Part shown: positions 42,376 to 50,153 of the stretch, in pieces
How positions within the stretch are numbered: the stretch's first letter is position 1
Layout: the number at the start of each line of letters is the position of its first letter
Assembly: GCA_034520625.1 (NCBI GenBank)
Contig: JAXHNI010000009.1
Span: 609,494-673,493, forward strand
Source: Gammaproteobacteria bacterium
Lineage (GTDB): Bacteria > Pseudomonadota > Gammaproteobacteria > Arenicellales > JAANXG01
DNA length: 64,000 nt
Direction: 5' to 3'
Notes under the pieces: generated by a model
Told to the model about the DNA's origin: nothing
Database searches by the model: none
What the model saw: only the letters and a program-made list of their open reading frames with translations
Program-made: the position numbers and the translations under genes

Positions 42376-43065
42376 CTACATCGATACGCCGGCGCCGTCG
42401 GGCGGCAGGTCGTGGTCGGGATGTCCCGCGGCCCGCAGGCAGGCCCGCGTGTTCGACAGCATCCGTTCCTGAAGCGATTCCAGCGCCGTCGTGCCGCCGT
42501 CCGTGATGTCCTCCCTGCTGACAAACAGCGGTTCGCCGAAATGCTCGTGGATGATGGTGAAGGGCTTGGGAATCTTGTGCCCGTCCCAGCTCTTCGCGCG
42601 CCACTGGCGGTTCGCTTCCAGGTGATACGGCACCAGCGGGCAGCCCGTCAGCGCCGCCACCCACATCGCTCCGGGCTGGCAGCGGTAGACGGGCCCGCGC
42701 GGCCCATCCGGTGATATTGCCCCGCTGTGGCCCCGGCGGACGGCGCGCATCATGTCCCGCGCGGCCTGGCTGCCGCGGAACGACGAGGAGCCGCGGACGG
42801 ATATGTTACCGAGCACTTCGATGGCACGGGCGATGAGGTCGCCGTCACGGCTGGCGCTGGCCATCATGGCGACTTTGCGGTTGCGCAGCCGGCAGACGCC
42901 CATCGCGATGTTGTTGTGCCAGCTGCAGTACAGCCAGGGCTCTCCCCGGGCCTCGAAGTCACGGACATGGGTCGCGCCCGCCGTGCGCACCCGGCAGGTG
43001 CCCATGATTGCAAGCATCACCCCCTTGAACAGGAGCGGAGCCGCGGCCAGAACGAACCGGTTCAA
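42376..43065 (-). CDS. DUF374-type lysophospholipid acyltransferase (LPLAT) family protein
   Basis: 229 aa with SWHNN...ASASRDGDLIA...ISPDGPRGP motifs, characteristic of the DUF374 branch of the acyltransferase superfamily. Confidence 0.7.
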   Translation of the reverse strand: MNRFVLAAAPLLFKGVMLAIMGTCRVRTAGATHVRDFEARGEPWLYCSWHNNIAMGVCRLRNRKVAMMASASRDGDLIARAIEVLGNISVRGSSSFRGSQAARDMMRAVRRGHSGAISPDGPRGPVYRCQPGAMWVAALTGCPLVPYHLEANRQWRAKSWDGHKIPKPFTIIHEHFGEPLFVSREDITDGGTTALESLQERMLSNTRACLRAAGHPDHDLPPDGAGVSM

Positions 43066-43106
43066 GCCCTTTTACCGCTGCATCGGGTGACCGGGGATTC
43101 GCCGGA

Positions 43107-44165
43107 TCATTCGCCCGGGCGCGCCATGCGCTTCTCGAGTTTCCGCACCCGCACCAGGAGGTCGTACAGTTTCCTGAATACCGACATGTTCCGGGTGTAC
43201 TCCCTGAACGGCTGGGTCGGGGCGGCGGCGTACATGCCCGCCTCGGCGATGTCCTCGGTGACGCCGGCGCGGTGAACCAGCACCACGTCGTCGGCGATGG
43301 TCCTGTGGTCCACGATCGCGGTCTGGCCGCTGGCGATGACCCGCTTGCCTAAGTGCGCCGAACCGGCGATACCGGTCTGGGCTACGAGCACGCAGTTCTC
43401 GTCGACGAACACGTTGTGCCCCACGTGACACAGGGCGTCGATCCGGGTGCCGCTCGATATCCGGGTTTCCAGGTAGGTCGCCCGGTCGATATTCACGCCG
43501 GCGGACACCACCACGTCGTCCTCGATCACCACGATGCCCTTCTGGGGAATCCGGTGGTAGCGATGGACATCGTCCCGGGCGAAGCCGAAACCCTCCGCGC
43601 CGATGATACAACCGGGTTTGAGCAGCACCCTGTGACCGATGCGGCAGTGGCGGCCGATGAACACGCCCGCCAGCACGCGGGTATCGTCGCCGATGACGAC
43701 CCCCGCCTCCACAACCACATTGGACTGCACCGCAACGCGCTCGCCGAGCACGACATCCCTGCCCAGCACGGCGCCGGGGCCGATGGTGGCGCTGTCCGGC
43801 ACCCGGGCGGAGTCATGGATCACGGCGCTGTCATGGATGCGTGGCCATTCGTGATCGTGGTAGTCCACGTCGTCGAACGCCTGGCGGATGACGGCGTGCG
43901 CCAGCTCGACATTCTCGCTCACGATGATCCCCAGCCCTTCCACGTCCTTGAGCCCGGCGGCGATCTCCGGGGACGTAACCACCGCCGCCGGCGGTGACTG
44001 CCGCAGGGCTTCCAGGTGATCCGGGTTGTCGGTGAATACCAGGCTGCCGGCGTGCCAGCTCTCCACGGGCGAGAATTCGCCGATGTGCACGCCCGGACGG
44101 TGGACATCCACCGCGTAGGGCGTCTCCTTGAATCGTTCAAACAGGTTACCAACCGTGATGCTCAT
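43107..44165 (-). CDS. lpxD: UDP-3-O-acylglucosamine N-acyltransferase-like protein (LpxD family, non-canonical locus)
   Basis: 352 aa with an N-terminal LpxD-type uridine-binding region, a long left-handed beta-helix of hexapeptide repeats, and a C-terminal helical extension. It is not in the usual bamA-skp-lpxD-fabZ-lpxA context. Confidence 0.75.
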   Translation of the reverse strand: MSITVGNLFERFKETPYAVDVHRPGVHIGEFSPVESWHAGSLVFTDNPDHLEALRQSPPAAVVTSPEIAAGLKDVEGLGIIVSENVELAHAVIRQAFDDVDYHDHEWPRIHDSAVIHDSARVPDSATIGPGAVLGRDVVLGERVAVQSNVVVEAGVVIGDDTRVLAGVFIGRHCRIGHRVLLKPGCIIGAEGFGFARDDVHRYHRIPQKGIVVIEDDVVVSAGVNIDRATYLETRISSGTRIDALCHVGHNVFVDENCVLVAQTGIAGSAHLGKRVIASGQTAIVDHRTIADDVVLVHRAGVTEDIAEAGMYAAAPTQPFREYTRNMSVFRKLYDLLVRVRKLEKRMARPGE

Positions 44166-44197
44166 GGATATGTCCTCGTTGCGCTGCCGTCCGCAGC

Positions 44198-45469
44198 TCA
44201 GACCGTGTCCGGAACGGTCCTGTCGGCCTTGTCGACGTTGACCCGGATCAACAATACTGCCCCCGCCGCGAACAGTACCAGCAGAACCAGGATGGACGCC
44301 CGGTTGCTGCCGCTGAGCACCGCCACCCAGCCCACCAAAACCGGCCCCAGCACTGCCGCGAACTTCCCCAGCAGATTGTAGAAACCAAAGAACTCCGCCG
44401 AGGCTTTCCTGGGTATCAACCGGGCGTACAGCGAACGGCTCAGGGCCTGAACCCCGCCCTGGACCAGGCCGATGGCCACGGCCATCCCGTAGAATTCCCA
44501 GGTCTCGTCCATATTGAAAGCCCAGACGGTGATGACGGCGTAGACCGCCAGTCCAATCAGGATACCGCGTTTGGGGCCGATGCGCTGTCCGAGCACCCCG
44601 AAAGCGAGGGCCGAAGGAAAGCCGACGAACTGCACCAGCAGCAGGGCCGTGATCAGGTCCCGGGAATCAAAGCCCAGGGCGAGACCGTAATCCACCGCCA
44701 TGCGGACAATGGTGTCCACCGCGTCGATGTACAGCCAGTACGCCACCAGGAACGTCACCACCTGGCGATACTGGCGGATGCGCCCCAGGGTCGCACGGAG
44801 CTGGCGCCAGCCCGCGGGAACGGCTTTCGCCCAGCCGACATCCGTGCGCCGCCTGCGCTCCGTCACGTTGCGCGCCAGGGGGATTGTGAACAATGCCCAC
44901 CACACCGCCGTGACCAGGAACGACAGCTTCACCGCCTGGTCCACGGACTGCAGGCCGAACCAGTCGGGCTGCAGGGTCATCAGCACGCAGCCGCCGAACA
45001 GGATGCCGCCGCCCAGGTAGCCGAGGCCGAAGCCCAGGGAGGACGCCCACTCGTAGCGGCTGGGCGGGGCCACATTCACGATCAGCGCGTCGTAGAACAC
45101 GTTCGCCCCGGCGAAGCCGATCGCGGCCAGGACATAGGCCGACGCCGCCAGCGGCCATTCCCCTTGACCGATCGCTGCGAGCGATGCGGTGAAAAGGATG
45201 CCCACCACCGCGAAGAAAAGCAGCAGGCGCTTCTTGTAGGTGCCCTGGTCGGCGATGGCGCCGAGAACCGGGGCCATCGCCAGCACCAGGAGGCTGGACA
45301 ATGAGTTGGCGACCCCCAGGCGGAAAGTGCTCTCCGTGGCCGGGAGGCCGGCGCTCCAGTACTCCTTGAAGAAGATCGGGAAGAAACCCGCGATCACCGT
45401 GGTGGCGAACGCGGAATTGGCCCAGTCGTAGAACGCCCAGGACCAGATCTTCCTGTTGTTCCGGGTCAA
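44198..45469 (-). CDS. MFS transporter, UMF1/Atg22-like family
   Basis: 423 aa with about 12 TM helices. The N-terminal signature WSWAFYDWANSAFATTV is typical of the UMF1 family. Confidence 0.8.
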   Translation of the reverse strand: MTRNNRKIWSWAFYDWANSAFATTVIAGFFPIFFKEYWSAGLPATESTFRLGVANSLSSLLVLAMAPVLGAIADQGTYKKRLLLFFAVVGILFTASLAAIGQGEWPLAASAYVLAAIGFAGANVFYDALIVNVAPPSRYEWASSLGFGLGYLGGGILFGGCVLMTLQPDWFGLQSVDQAVKLSFLVTAVWWALFTIPLARNVTERRRRTDVGWAKAVPAGWRQLRATLGRIRQYRQVVTFLVAYWLYIDAVDTIVRMAVDYGLALGFDSRDLITALLLVQFVGFPSALAFGVLGQRIGPKRGILIGLAVYAVITVWAFNMDETWEFYGMAVAIGLVQGGVQALSRSLYARLIPRKASAEFFGFYNLLGKFAAVLGPVLVGWVAVLSGSNRASILVLLVLFAAGAVLLIRVNVDKADRTVPDTV

Positions 45470-45487
45470 CGGGCGTGCCCGATGACG

Positions 45488-45775
45488 TTATTCGTGCGCG
45501 ATGGGCTTATCCGTGAACAGATACTCCCGGAGCTCCTTGTCCAGCACCTTATCGCGCCGGCGTATCCACTCCAGGACCATGGCGGCGTGCTCCTTCTCCT
45601 CGTCGCGGTTGTGGGCCAGGATCGCCTTGAGGTCCCCGTCCTTGCAGGCGTCCACCCGTTGCTGGTACCAGTCAATCGCCTCGAACTCCTCCATCAGCGA
45701 GATGATTGCACGGTGCATGTCCCGGGTCTCGTCGGACAGTTCCCCGACGGGTTCATGGTAGCCTTCGTTCGCCAT
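45488..45775 (-). CDS. Encapsulated-ferritin-like (EncFtn family) protein without a recognisable encapsulin-targeting tail
   Basis: 95 aa from ATG 45775 (RBS GGAGA). HEPVGELSDETRDMHRAIISLMEEFEAIDWYQQRVDA...ILAHNRDEEKEHAAMVLEWIRR closely resembles, from memory, R. rubrum EncFtn including the ExxH di-iron motif. It ends ...LFTDKPIAHE. Confidence 0.75.
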   Translation of the reverse strand: MANEGYHEPVGELSDETRDMHRAIISLMEEFEAIDWYQQRVDACKDGDLKAILAHNRDEEKEHAAMVLEWIRRRDKVLDKELREYLFTDKPIAHE

Positions 45776-45791
45776 ATTCAGGTCTCCGCAA

Positions 45792-45820
45792 TGAACATTC
45801 AATTGTTGTAGGTGTATATT
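45792..45820 (+). promoter_or_regulatory. Candidate sigma70 promoter (-35 TGAACA, 17 bp, -10 TATATT) facing the small ORF and sodium channel
   Basis: AT-rich island in the divergent gap. The -10 overlaps a minus-strand TAATAT (45821-45816) that could serve the EncFtn-like gene. Confidence 0.35.
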
Positions 45821-45952
45821 ACGTGGGATGCTGCGGCGAAGAAACGTCTGTTGAAATCCCACGCCTCGATACTATCATTGTGCCCGGGAAGACCGCCGCC
45901 CGCGGCGATGGGCACCCGCTACGCACCACAACCCGAAATCGGAGGGCCAGCC

Positions 45953-46180
45953 ATGCTCGACAAACATGAACAATGGCGCGCACTGTGCGACGAGCATGAA
46001 GTCGCGCGCGCCTCGTATTTCGCCAATTCCCGGATGCTGACCGATAAGTATGCCCGGGTTTTCCAGGGTGACGTCAGCGCGGCACCCACCGGGGAGGAAA
46101 TCGAACGCGCCCGGGAAGCCCGGGAAAAATGGGAGGATGTCCGGCGGCGGATGGATGAATTCGTGCTGAACAACACCTGA
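45953..46180 (+). CDS. Hypothetical small helical charged protein (75 aa)
   Basis: ATG 45953 has GGAGGG 7 nt upstream and codon GC3 is consistent with coding. No family recognised. It lies 48 nt upstream of the channel gene. Confidence 0.5.
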   Translation: MLDKHEQWRALCDEHEVARASYFANSRMLTDKYARVFQGDVSAAPTGEEIERAREAREKWEDVRRRMDEFVLNNT

Positions 46181-46228
46181 GCGGGTGTTTTTGGACCCTG
46201 CTCCGGGCCGGGCGGGCGGAGGCGCCCC

Positions 46229-47059
46229 ATGACCGACACCGGCTGGGCCGGGGTCCGCGTCCGTCTTCGCAGGCTCACCGACAGCGCGCGGTTTCAGAAT
46301 GTAATCATCGTGCTGATCGCGGTGAACGCGGTGACCCTCGGGCTCGAAACCTCGGACACCGCGATGGCGCGGGCCGGCGGTGTGATCTTGGTGGCGGACC
46401 GCATCCTGTTGTCGATATTCGCGGCGGAGATTCTTGCCCGGATCATGGCCCACGGTCTGCGCTTCTTTCGCGACCCGTGGAGCATATTCGATTTCCTGGT
46501 GGTGAGCGTGGCGGTGGTGCCGGTGACGGAGAACTTCTCCGTGCTCCGCGCGCTGCGCGTGCTCCGCGTCCTGCGGCTGGCGTCGGCGGTGCCGCGCATG
46601 CGCCGGGTGGTGGAGGCGCTGATGGCGGCCCTGCCGGGACTGGGCTCCGTGGTGGCCATTCTCGGTCTCATTTTCTATGTCGCCGGGGTCATGGCCACGA
46701 AGCTGTTCGGCGATGCATTCCCGCAGTGGTTCGGAACGCTCGGGCACAGTGTCTATTCCCTGTTCCAGATCATGACGCTGGAAAGCTGGTCCATGGGCAT
46801 CGTGCGGCCGGTGATGGAGGTCTTTCCCTATGCCTGGGCCTTTTTCGTGACCTTCATACTGATTTCCACGTTCACCATGTTGAACCTGTTCATCGCCGTG
46901 GTGGTCAACGCCATGCAGAGTCGCTACCACGCGGAAGAGGCCGAGCAGGCCGAGGCCGCCCACGGCGAGCGGGTCAAGCTGTTGGAGGAAATCCAGGCCC
47001 TGCGCATGGAAGTCCGGGAGCTTCGCGGCGAGCTGCCATCGTCCCGCGGGCACGATTAG
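46229..47059 (+). CDS. Bacterial voltage-gated sodium channel (BacNaV / NaChBac family)
   Basis: 276 aa, 6-TM. S4 has Arg at every third position (RALRVLRVLRLASAVPRMRR). The selectivity filter is TLESWSMG. C-terminal coiled coil (KLLEEIQALRMEVRELRGEL). Confidence 0.9.
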   Translation: MTDTGWAGVRVRLRRLTDSARFQNVIIVLIAVNAVTLGLETSDTAMARAGGVILVADRILLSIFAAEILARIMAHGLRFFRDPWSIFDFLVVSVAVVPVTENFSVLRALRVLRVLRLASAVPRMRRVVEALMAALPGLGSVVAILGLIFYVAGVMATKLFGDAFPQWFGTLGHSVYSLFQIMTLESWSMGIVRPVMEVFPYAWAFFVTFILISTFTMLNLFIAVVVNAMQSRYHAEEAEQAEAAHGERVKLLEEIQALRMEVRELRGELPSSRGHD

Positions 47060-47110
47060 CAGGCTGTTGGCACAGGTTAGGAGGGCCTTTTTCAACGGCC
47101 TGCTAACTCA

Positions 47111-47342
47111 TAGAGCACCGGTCAGTGGCCCACAGGCGGTAACTCGGTTTGAGAGCCAGTGTCAGGGCATGGGCCGGTGCCGGGGGCCGTCCCCCAGGGC
47201 CGCTGTGAATACTTCCCTGTACGCTCTCGCTCAAACATCCCTGTTTTCGAGAGCCCTGGGGGACGGCCCCCGGCACCGGCCACCACGTTCATGCGCGTCT
47301 TCGAACCGAGTTACCGCCTGTGGGCCACTCGTCGGGGCATCC
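47111..47342. mobile_element. MITE-like nested palindromic element, copy 4 (shorter, ends diverged)
   Basis: TA|GAGCACCGGTCAGTGG ... CCACTCGTCGGGGCATCC ends. Second-tier inverted repeat GTGGCCCACAGGCGGTAACTCGGTT / AACCGAGTTACCGCCTGTGGGCCAC. The inner hairpin is at 47171-47281. The core orientation matches copy 1. Confidence 0.75.
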
Positions 47343-47384
47343 ATGGCCGCTCAACGGCACGTAAATGGAAGGCGCCACCGCCCA

Positions 47385-47393
47385 TGCTAATAT
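47385..47393 (+). promoter_or_regulatory. Candidate extended -10 promoter (TGCTAATAT) for the PA2779/PA2778-type pair
   Basis: CCATGCTAATATCGAC, 30-42 nt upstream of the candidate start codons. Same TGCTAnAATCG pattern as the other sites. Confidence 0.4.
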
Positions 47394-47434
47394 CGACCGT
47401 CCAACGTTCAACCTTGTCCGGAATGGAGAACGAA

Positions 47435-47818
47435 ATGCTGAAAGCGGCAATGAAACGATTCGTAGTGCTGGCGGCGGGCCTTGGCCTGCTCTCGACCACA
47501 TTCGCCGGCGCTGTCAACGCGGCCATGGTCGGCACCCAGTCCGCGGTCACGATGGAACAGCGCGCCGAGTACGTCAGTGACATCAAGGGCTGGCTGGCCC
47601 AGGACAACGTCCAGCAGCAGCTGGTGGAGCTCGGCGTCGACCCGGCGAGCGCTTCCGAGCGGGTTGCCGGCATGACGGCGGCGGAGCTGCAGAAGCTGCA
47701 TACCCAGATCGACCAGTTGCCCGCCGGCGCCGGCGTGATCGAGGTGATCGGCATCGTGTTCGTGGTGCTGCTGATTCTCGAACTGGTCGGCGTCACCAAC
47801 ATCTTCAGCCGGATGTAG
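47435..47818 (+). CDS. PA2779-family secreted/membrane-anchored small protein
   Basis: Signal peptide (MLKAAMKRFVVLAAGLGLLSTTFAGAVNA), a helical middle region, and a C-terminal TM helix (VIEVIGIVFVVLLILELVGV). Possible starts are 47423, 47435 or 47450; 47435 has GGAGA upstream. The upstream part of the track ORF runs through the MITE. Confidence 0.65.
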   Translation: MLKAAMKRFVVLAAGLGLLSTTFAGAVNAAMVGTQSAVTMEQRAEYVSDIKGWLAQDNVQQQLVELGVDPASASERVAGMTAAELQKLHTQIDQLPAGAGVIEVIGIVFVVLLILELVGVTNIFSRM

Positions 47819-47907
47819 ACCCCATACCGGGGATCCCCGGCGCGGCCCCGCGCACGGACTCCGGCGCGGGCCGGGGAGCCGGGCGGCGTCGGGCCGCCGC
47901 CGTACTC

Positions 47908-48858
47908 GTGCTGGCGGTCACCCTGGCCGCCCTGACCGCCGGCTGCGCTTCACGTGGCCCGGTGCTGCCGGACGTGGTCCAGCAGACCGGTGCCGCGCCC
48001 AGCGTCGAGCTTTCCCGTACCCCGTTCTTCCCCCAGACCGAATACTATTGTGGGCCGGCGGCGCTCGCCACGGTGCTGAACAGCACCGGCGTCGAGGTCG
48101 GGCTGGACGAGCTCGGATCGCGGGTCTACCTGCCGGAAAAGCGGGGCAGTCTCCAGGTGGAGGTCATGGCGGCGGCACGCCATTTCCGGCGCATGCCCTA
48201 CCGCATCGACTCGCGACTGGAGGCGCTGCTTGCCGAGCTGCGCGCCGGCCGGCCGGTGCTGGTGTTCCAGAACCTGGGTATCAGGCTCATCCCCGTGTGG
48301 CACTATGCCGTGGTGGTGGGCTACGACGCCCGGGACGACACCATCATCCTGCGCTCCGGCAGGACGGAGCGCCGGGTAATGGCGGCCGGGGATTTCCTGG
48401 ATACCTGGGAGCGGGCGGACCAATGGGGCATCGTGGTACTCCGGTCCGGCGAGATGCCCGCGAATCCGGACCCCGGCCGCTACCTTTCCGCCGTTGCCGC
48501 CATGGAAGACCTCGTCTCCGCGGAGCTGGCCGTGGAATGGCTTGCCGCCGCACGGGAACAGTGGCCGGGCAATCCGCTGGTGCACTTCGCTCACGGCAAC
48601 AACCTTTACGCGACGGGCGACAGTGCTGCGGCCGTGCGTGCATACCGCCGCGCCCTGTCCATCGATCCGGCGCTGCGCCCGGCGCGCAACAATCTGGCCC
48701 ATGTGCTCTCCGAGCAGGGCTGCCAGAAGGAGGCACTGGCGCAGATCGAGCGGGCGCTGGCGGGGGAGGTCGAAGAAGGGCTCCGAGACACCCTCGAGGA
48801 AACCCGCGCGGAGATACGGCAGCGGATGGAAACCGGGGAAGCCGGTGCCTGTCGCTAG
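47908..48858 (+). CDS. PA2778-family C39-like cysteine peptidase lipoprotein with C-terminal TPR repeats
   Basis: Lipobox LTAGC, a papain/C39-like Cys (YYCGPAALATVL) and His (WHYAVVVGYD), and TPR-like repeats at the C-terminus. GTG 47908 is the only canonical start, but the in-frame upstream codons read GRRRAAAVLV like a signal-peptide n-region, so the true start is unresolved. Confidence 0.7.
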   Translation: MLAVTLAALTAGCASRGPVLPDVVQQTGAAPSVELSRTPFFPQTEYYCGPAALATVLNSTGVEVGLDELGSRVYLPEKRGSLQVEVMAAARHFRRMPYRIDSRLEALLAELRAGRPVLVFQNLGIRLIPVWHYAVVVGYDARDDTIILRSGRTERRVMAAGDFLDTWERADQWGIVVLRSGEMPANPDPGRYLSAVAAMEDLVSAELAVEWLAAAREQWPGNPLVHFAHGNNLYATGDSAAAVRAYRRALSIDPALRPARNNLAHVLSEQGCQKEALAQIERALAGEVEEGLRDTLEETRAEIRQRMETGEAGACR

Positions 48859-48866
48859 CGGGAAAC

Positions 48867-48943
<77 letters not shown>

Positions 48944-48956
48944 GAAGAGGAAGGCG

Positions 48957-48965
48957 ATTCTAGCA
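48957..48965 (-). promoter_or_regulatory. Candidate extended -10 promoter (TGCTAGAAT) for tRNA-Arg
   Basis: Minus strand reads GTCTGCTAGAATCGCC, ending 13 nt upstream of the mature tRNA 5' end. The discriminator is GC-rich. Confidence 0.55.
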
Positions 48966-49088
48966 GACAAACCGGATCCGGGGCGGTACCGGGTAGACCC
49001 CGCGGCTGACGCGGTCCCGGACCGACCGCATTGTCCTACAGTTTTCGGATCGGTACCGCGAAAATACTGAAGCGCAGGGCGCTTCCTT

Positions 49089-50153
49089 TCACGTCCCGAG
49101 AAAGAACGTGACGGCGGCGGCGTAGATCGCCAGCATCAGAAAGCTCTCCAGCCCGATCTTCGCGATGCCGTACCGTTCCCGGTAGATGAACCCAAGGAGC
49201 AGGACGGCGGTCATCAGTATCGTCACCAGACCCCAGAGAATCTGCAGCGGCGTGACGGCGTGGTAGATCGAGGCCTGGGGATAGACGATATCGGCGGCGG
49301 CGATTACCGTCATGTTGAAGCAGTTGGTGCCGAGGATGCCGCCGACCGCCAGGGTCAGCGCCCCGAGTCGAATGGCGGCAACCGTCGTCACGAGCTCCGG
49401 CAGGGATGTGGCCAGGGCCGTGAACAGTCCCCCTACCGCCGTCTCTGACAGGGCGGTCTGCGCGGCGATCGTCTGTCCTGCCTTCATCAGCGCCCAGCCC
49501 GCGATGGCCATGGCCGCCGCCAGGAGGATGAAGTCGACCCAGAGCCGCGCGAGCCCGCGGCCGGATTGACCCCCGTCTTCGGGTTCGTCCTTAACGGTCT
49601 GCGCCGTGTGCCGCGGCGTCCACATCGGCCGGGCGTGGGCGTCGCGCACGGCAGTGTAGCCGAGTATGTATGCCGCCAGCAGCAATGGGGTGACGGGGTG
49701 AATGCCCCAGATGTCGTATGCCGGGGTCACCATGGCGATCAGGGGGATGATCAGCAGTGCGATCAATAGAGCCGCCTGGATGAGATTGGCGGACGAGGCG
49801 GCGGCGTGCTCGAGATTCGCCTTGCGGTAGACCAGGTCCCCGACGCCGAGGAAGGCGAGATTCACCGCCATGCTCCCCATCACGTTGCTCATGGCGAGCT
49901 CGGCGTGGCTGTCGATGGCGGCCGTGAGGGTGGCCGCGAAATCCGGCAGCGACGTCGCCCCGGCCAGGAACAGTCCGCCCATCAGTGCCTCGCCCCAGCC
50001 GGTGCGATCGGCGAGCCGATCGGCGGTCATGGACATGAATACGCCGGTTAGCGCTATGGCCGCGGCGGCTGCCGCGAACACGATCGTGCTGGTGCCCAGG
50101 GAACTGAACAGGGTTTCTCTCGTCTGGTAAGGGCCGGTCCGGTACGTCAGCAA
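49089..50153 (-). CDS. CaCA-family cation/Ca2+ exchanger (second paralogue)
   Basis: 354 aa polytopic protein with alpha-repeat-like motifs GATSLPDFAATL and ALATSLPELVTTV. The TTG start is uncertain. Confidence 0.75.
   Translation of the reverse strand: MLTYRTGPYQTRETLFSSLGTSTIVFAAAAAAIALTGVFMSMTADRLADRTGWGEALMGGLFLAGATSLPDFAATLTAAIDSHAELAMSNVMGSMAVNLAFLGVGDLVYRKANLEHAAASSANLIQAALLIALLIIPLIAMVTPAYDIWGIHPVTPLLLAAYILGYTAVRDAHARPMWTPRHTAQTVKDEPEDGGQSGRGLARLWVDFILLAAAMAIAGWALMKAGQTIAAQTALSETAVGGLFTALATSLPELVTTVAAIRLGALTLAVGGILGTNCFNMTVIAAADIVYPQASIYHAVTPLQILWGLVTILMTAVLLLGFIYRERYGIAKIGLESFLMLAIYAAAVTFFLGT

Noticed and set aside
45789-45805. Fur box upstream of the EncFtn-like gene
   Set aside because: CAATGAACATTCAATTG matches the GATAATGATAATCATTATC consensus at only about half the positions and needs a gap. 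It is kept only as an unnamed palindrome.
45812-45952. Longer 122-aa version of the small ORF starting at GTG 45812
   Set aside because: That start lies inside the candidate -10 of the AT-rich promoter region. The first 47 codons lack an RBS and look non-coding, while ATG 45953 has a strong GGAGGG.
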